Below are positions 62,149 through 64,000 of a DNA stretch of 64,000 nucleotides, piece by piece. The first letter of the stretch is position 1, and each line of letters begins with the position of its first letter. Made by a program: the position numbers and the translations under genes. Below the pieces are notes generated by a model. That model made no database searches. It was not told where the DNA came from and saw only the letters and a list, made by a program, of their open reading frames with translations. The stretch is from Podarcis cretensis (lineage: Eukaryota): contig OX638155.1 in NCBI GenBank assembly GCA_951804945.1, forward strand, positions 61,380,001 through 61,444,000. The letters are read 5' to 3'.

Positions 62149-64000
62149 CCCCTTCATGGATCACTGCCTTGCCGTGGCGAAGGGGCTTGAAGAACTCAGA
62201 GAAGCTATGAACTATGCCGAGCAGGGCACCCAAGATGAACAGGTCATAGTGGAGAGTTTTGACCAAACGTGATCCACCTGGAGGAGGAACCGGCAAGCCA
62301 CTCCAGTATCCCTGCCAAGAAAACTCCATGGACAAAGACAACAGGCATATAAAAGTTATGACGCTGGAAGATGAGCCCCTCAGGTCGGAAGGCGTCCAAC
62401 ATGCTACTGGGGAAGAGCGGAGGGCAAGTACAAGTAGATCCAGAGCTGATGAAGTGGCTGGGCCAAAGCCGAAAGGACGCTCAGTTGCGGATATGCCTGG
62501 AAGCGAAAGGAAAGTCCAATGCTGTAAAGAAAAATATTGCATAGGAACCTGGAATGTAAGAACCATGAACATGGGTAAGTTGGAGGTGGTCAAAAATGAG
62601 ATGGCAAGAATAAATATTGACATCCTGGGCATCAGTGAACTAAAATGGACGGGAATGGGTGAATTCAGTTCGGATGACCATCATATCTACTACTGTGGGC
62701 AAGAAACCCGTAAAAGAAATGGAGTGGCCCTCATAGTCAACAAAAGAGTGGCAAAAGCTGTACTGGGATGCAATCTCAAAAATGATAGAATGATCTCGAT
62801 ACGAATCCAAGGCAGACCTTTTAACATCACAGTAATCCAAGTTTATGCACCAACTACTGGTGCTGAAGAAACTGAAATTGACCAATTCTATGAAGACTTA
62901 CAACACCTTATAGAAGTGACACCAAAGAAGGATGTTCTTCTCATTATAGGGGATTGGAATGCTAAAGTAGGGAGTCAAGAGATAAAAGGAACAACTGGCA
63001 AGTTTGGCCTTGGAGATCAAAACGAAGCAGGGCAAAGGCTAATAGAGTTCTGTCAAGAGAACAAGCTGGTCATCACAAACACGCTTTTCCAACAACACAA
63101 GAGATGACTCTACACATGGACATCACCAGATGGGCAGCATCGAAATCAGATTGATTATATTCTCTGCAGCCAAAGATGGAGAAGCTCTATACAGTGAGCA
63201 AAAACAAGACCTGGAGCTGACTGTGGCTCAGATCATCAGCTTCTTATAGCAAAATTCAAGCTTAAACTGAAGAAAGTAGGAAAAACCACTGGGCCGGTAA
63301 GATACAATCTAAGTCAAATCCCTTATGAATACACAGTGGAAGTGAGGAACAGGTTTAAGGATTTAGAGTTGGTGGACAGAGTGCCTGAAGAAATATGGAT
63401 GGAGGCTCGTAACATTATACAGGAGGCAGCAACGAAAACCATCCCAATGAAAAGGAAATGCAAGAAAGCAAAGTGGCTGTCCAATGAGGCCTTACAAATA
63501 GCGGGGGAGAGAAGGCAAGCAAAATGCAAGGGAGATCGTGAAACATACAGGAAATTGAATGCAGATTTCCAAAGAATAGCAAGGAGAGACAAGAAGACCT
63601 TCTTAAACAAGCAATGCAAAGAAATAGAGGAAAGCAATAGAATGGGAAGAACCAGAGATCTGTTCAAGAAAATTGGAGATATGAAAGGAACATTTCGTAC
63701 AAAAATTTCCATAATAAAGGACAAAAGTGGAAAGGACCTAACAGAAGCAGAAGACATCAAGAAGAGGTGGCAAGAATACACAGAGGAATTATACCAGAAA
63801 GAAACGGATGTCTCATATACCCCAGGTAGTGTGGTTGCTGACCTTGAGCCAGACATCCTGGAGAGTGAAGTCAAATGGGCCTTAGAAAGCACTGCAAATA
63901 ACAAGGCCAGTGGAAGTGATGGTATTCCAGCTGAACTATTTAAAATTTTAAAAGATGATGCTGTTAAGGTGCTACACTCAATATGCCAGCAAGTTTGGAA
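62149..64000 (+). mobile_element. BovB (RTE clade) LINE: 5' UTR, APE endonuclease and start of RT; runs off the window
   Basis: 5' catggatcactgccttg; ORF has YCIGTWNVR, ILGISELKW, VIQVYAPT, IIGDWNAKVG, NQIDYIL, DCGSDH, NKASGSDGIPAELF; in-frame stops at 63105 and 63195. Confidence 0.93.

Overview
This is vertebrate (squamate) genomic DNA, most likely from a lacertid lizard judging by the Sauria SINE, Squam3, BovB and MITE families. It is AT-rich and CpG-depleted. It holds one host protein-coding gene, PI15 (peptidase inhibitor 15, CAP superfamily), on the + strand: TATA box at 23145, a non-coding exon 1 ending at 23337, and five coding exons (23923-24195, 37291-37409, 38171-38303, 38425-38540, 39601-39736; 777 nt, 258 aa, all GT-AG). 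A probable 3' UTR of about 6 kb follows. The rest is intronic or intergenic DNA with many transposable elements: two 5'-truncated L1s, the 5' part of a BovB LINE, RTE/CR1/L2 fragments, SINEs, two solo LTRs, Tc1/mariner and hAT MITEs, and microsatellites. I found no convincing new multi-gene system. The best leads are: (i) four miR-29 8mer sites plus one 7mer in 2.4 kb of the PI15 3' UTR, all downstream of a proximal AATAAA; (ii) an L1 with the geometry of a twin-priming 5' inversion; (iii) a TA-CCG-TA transposon excision footprint inside a MITE; (iv) TE-borne regulatory motif arrays (NRF1-like sites in a hairpin MITE in PI15 intron 2, and a CCAAT array in a solo LTR). Repeat family names are from recognition, not database searches.
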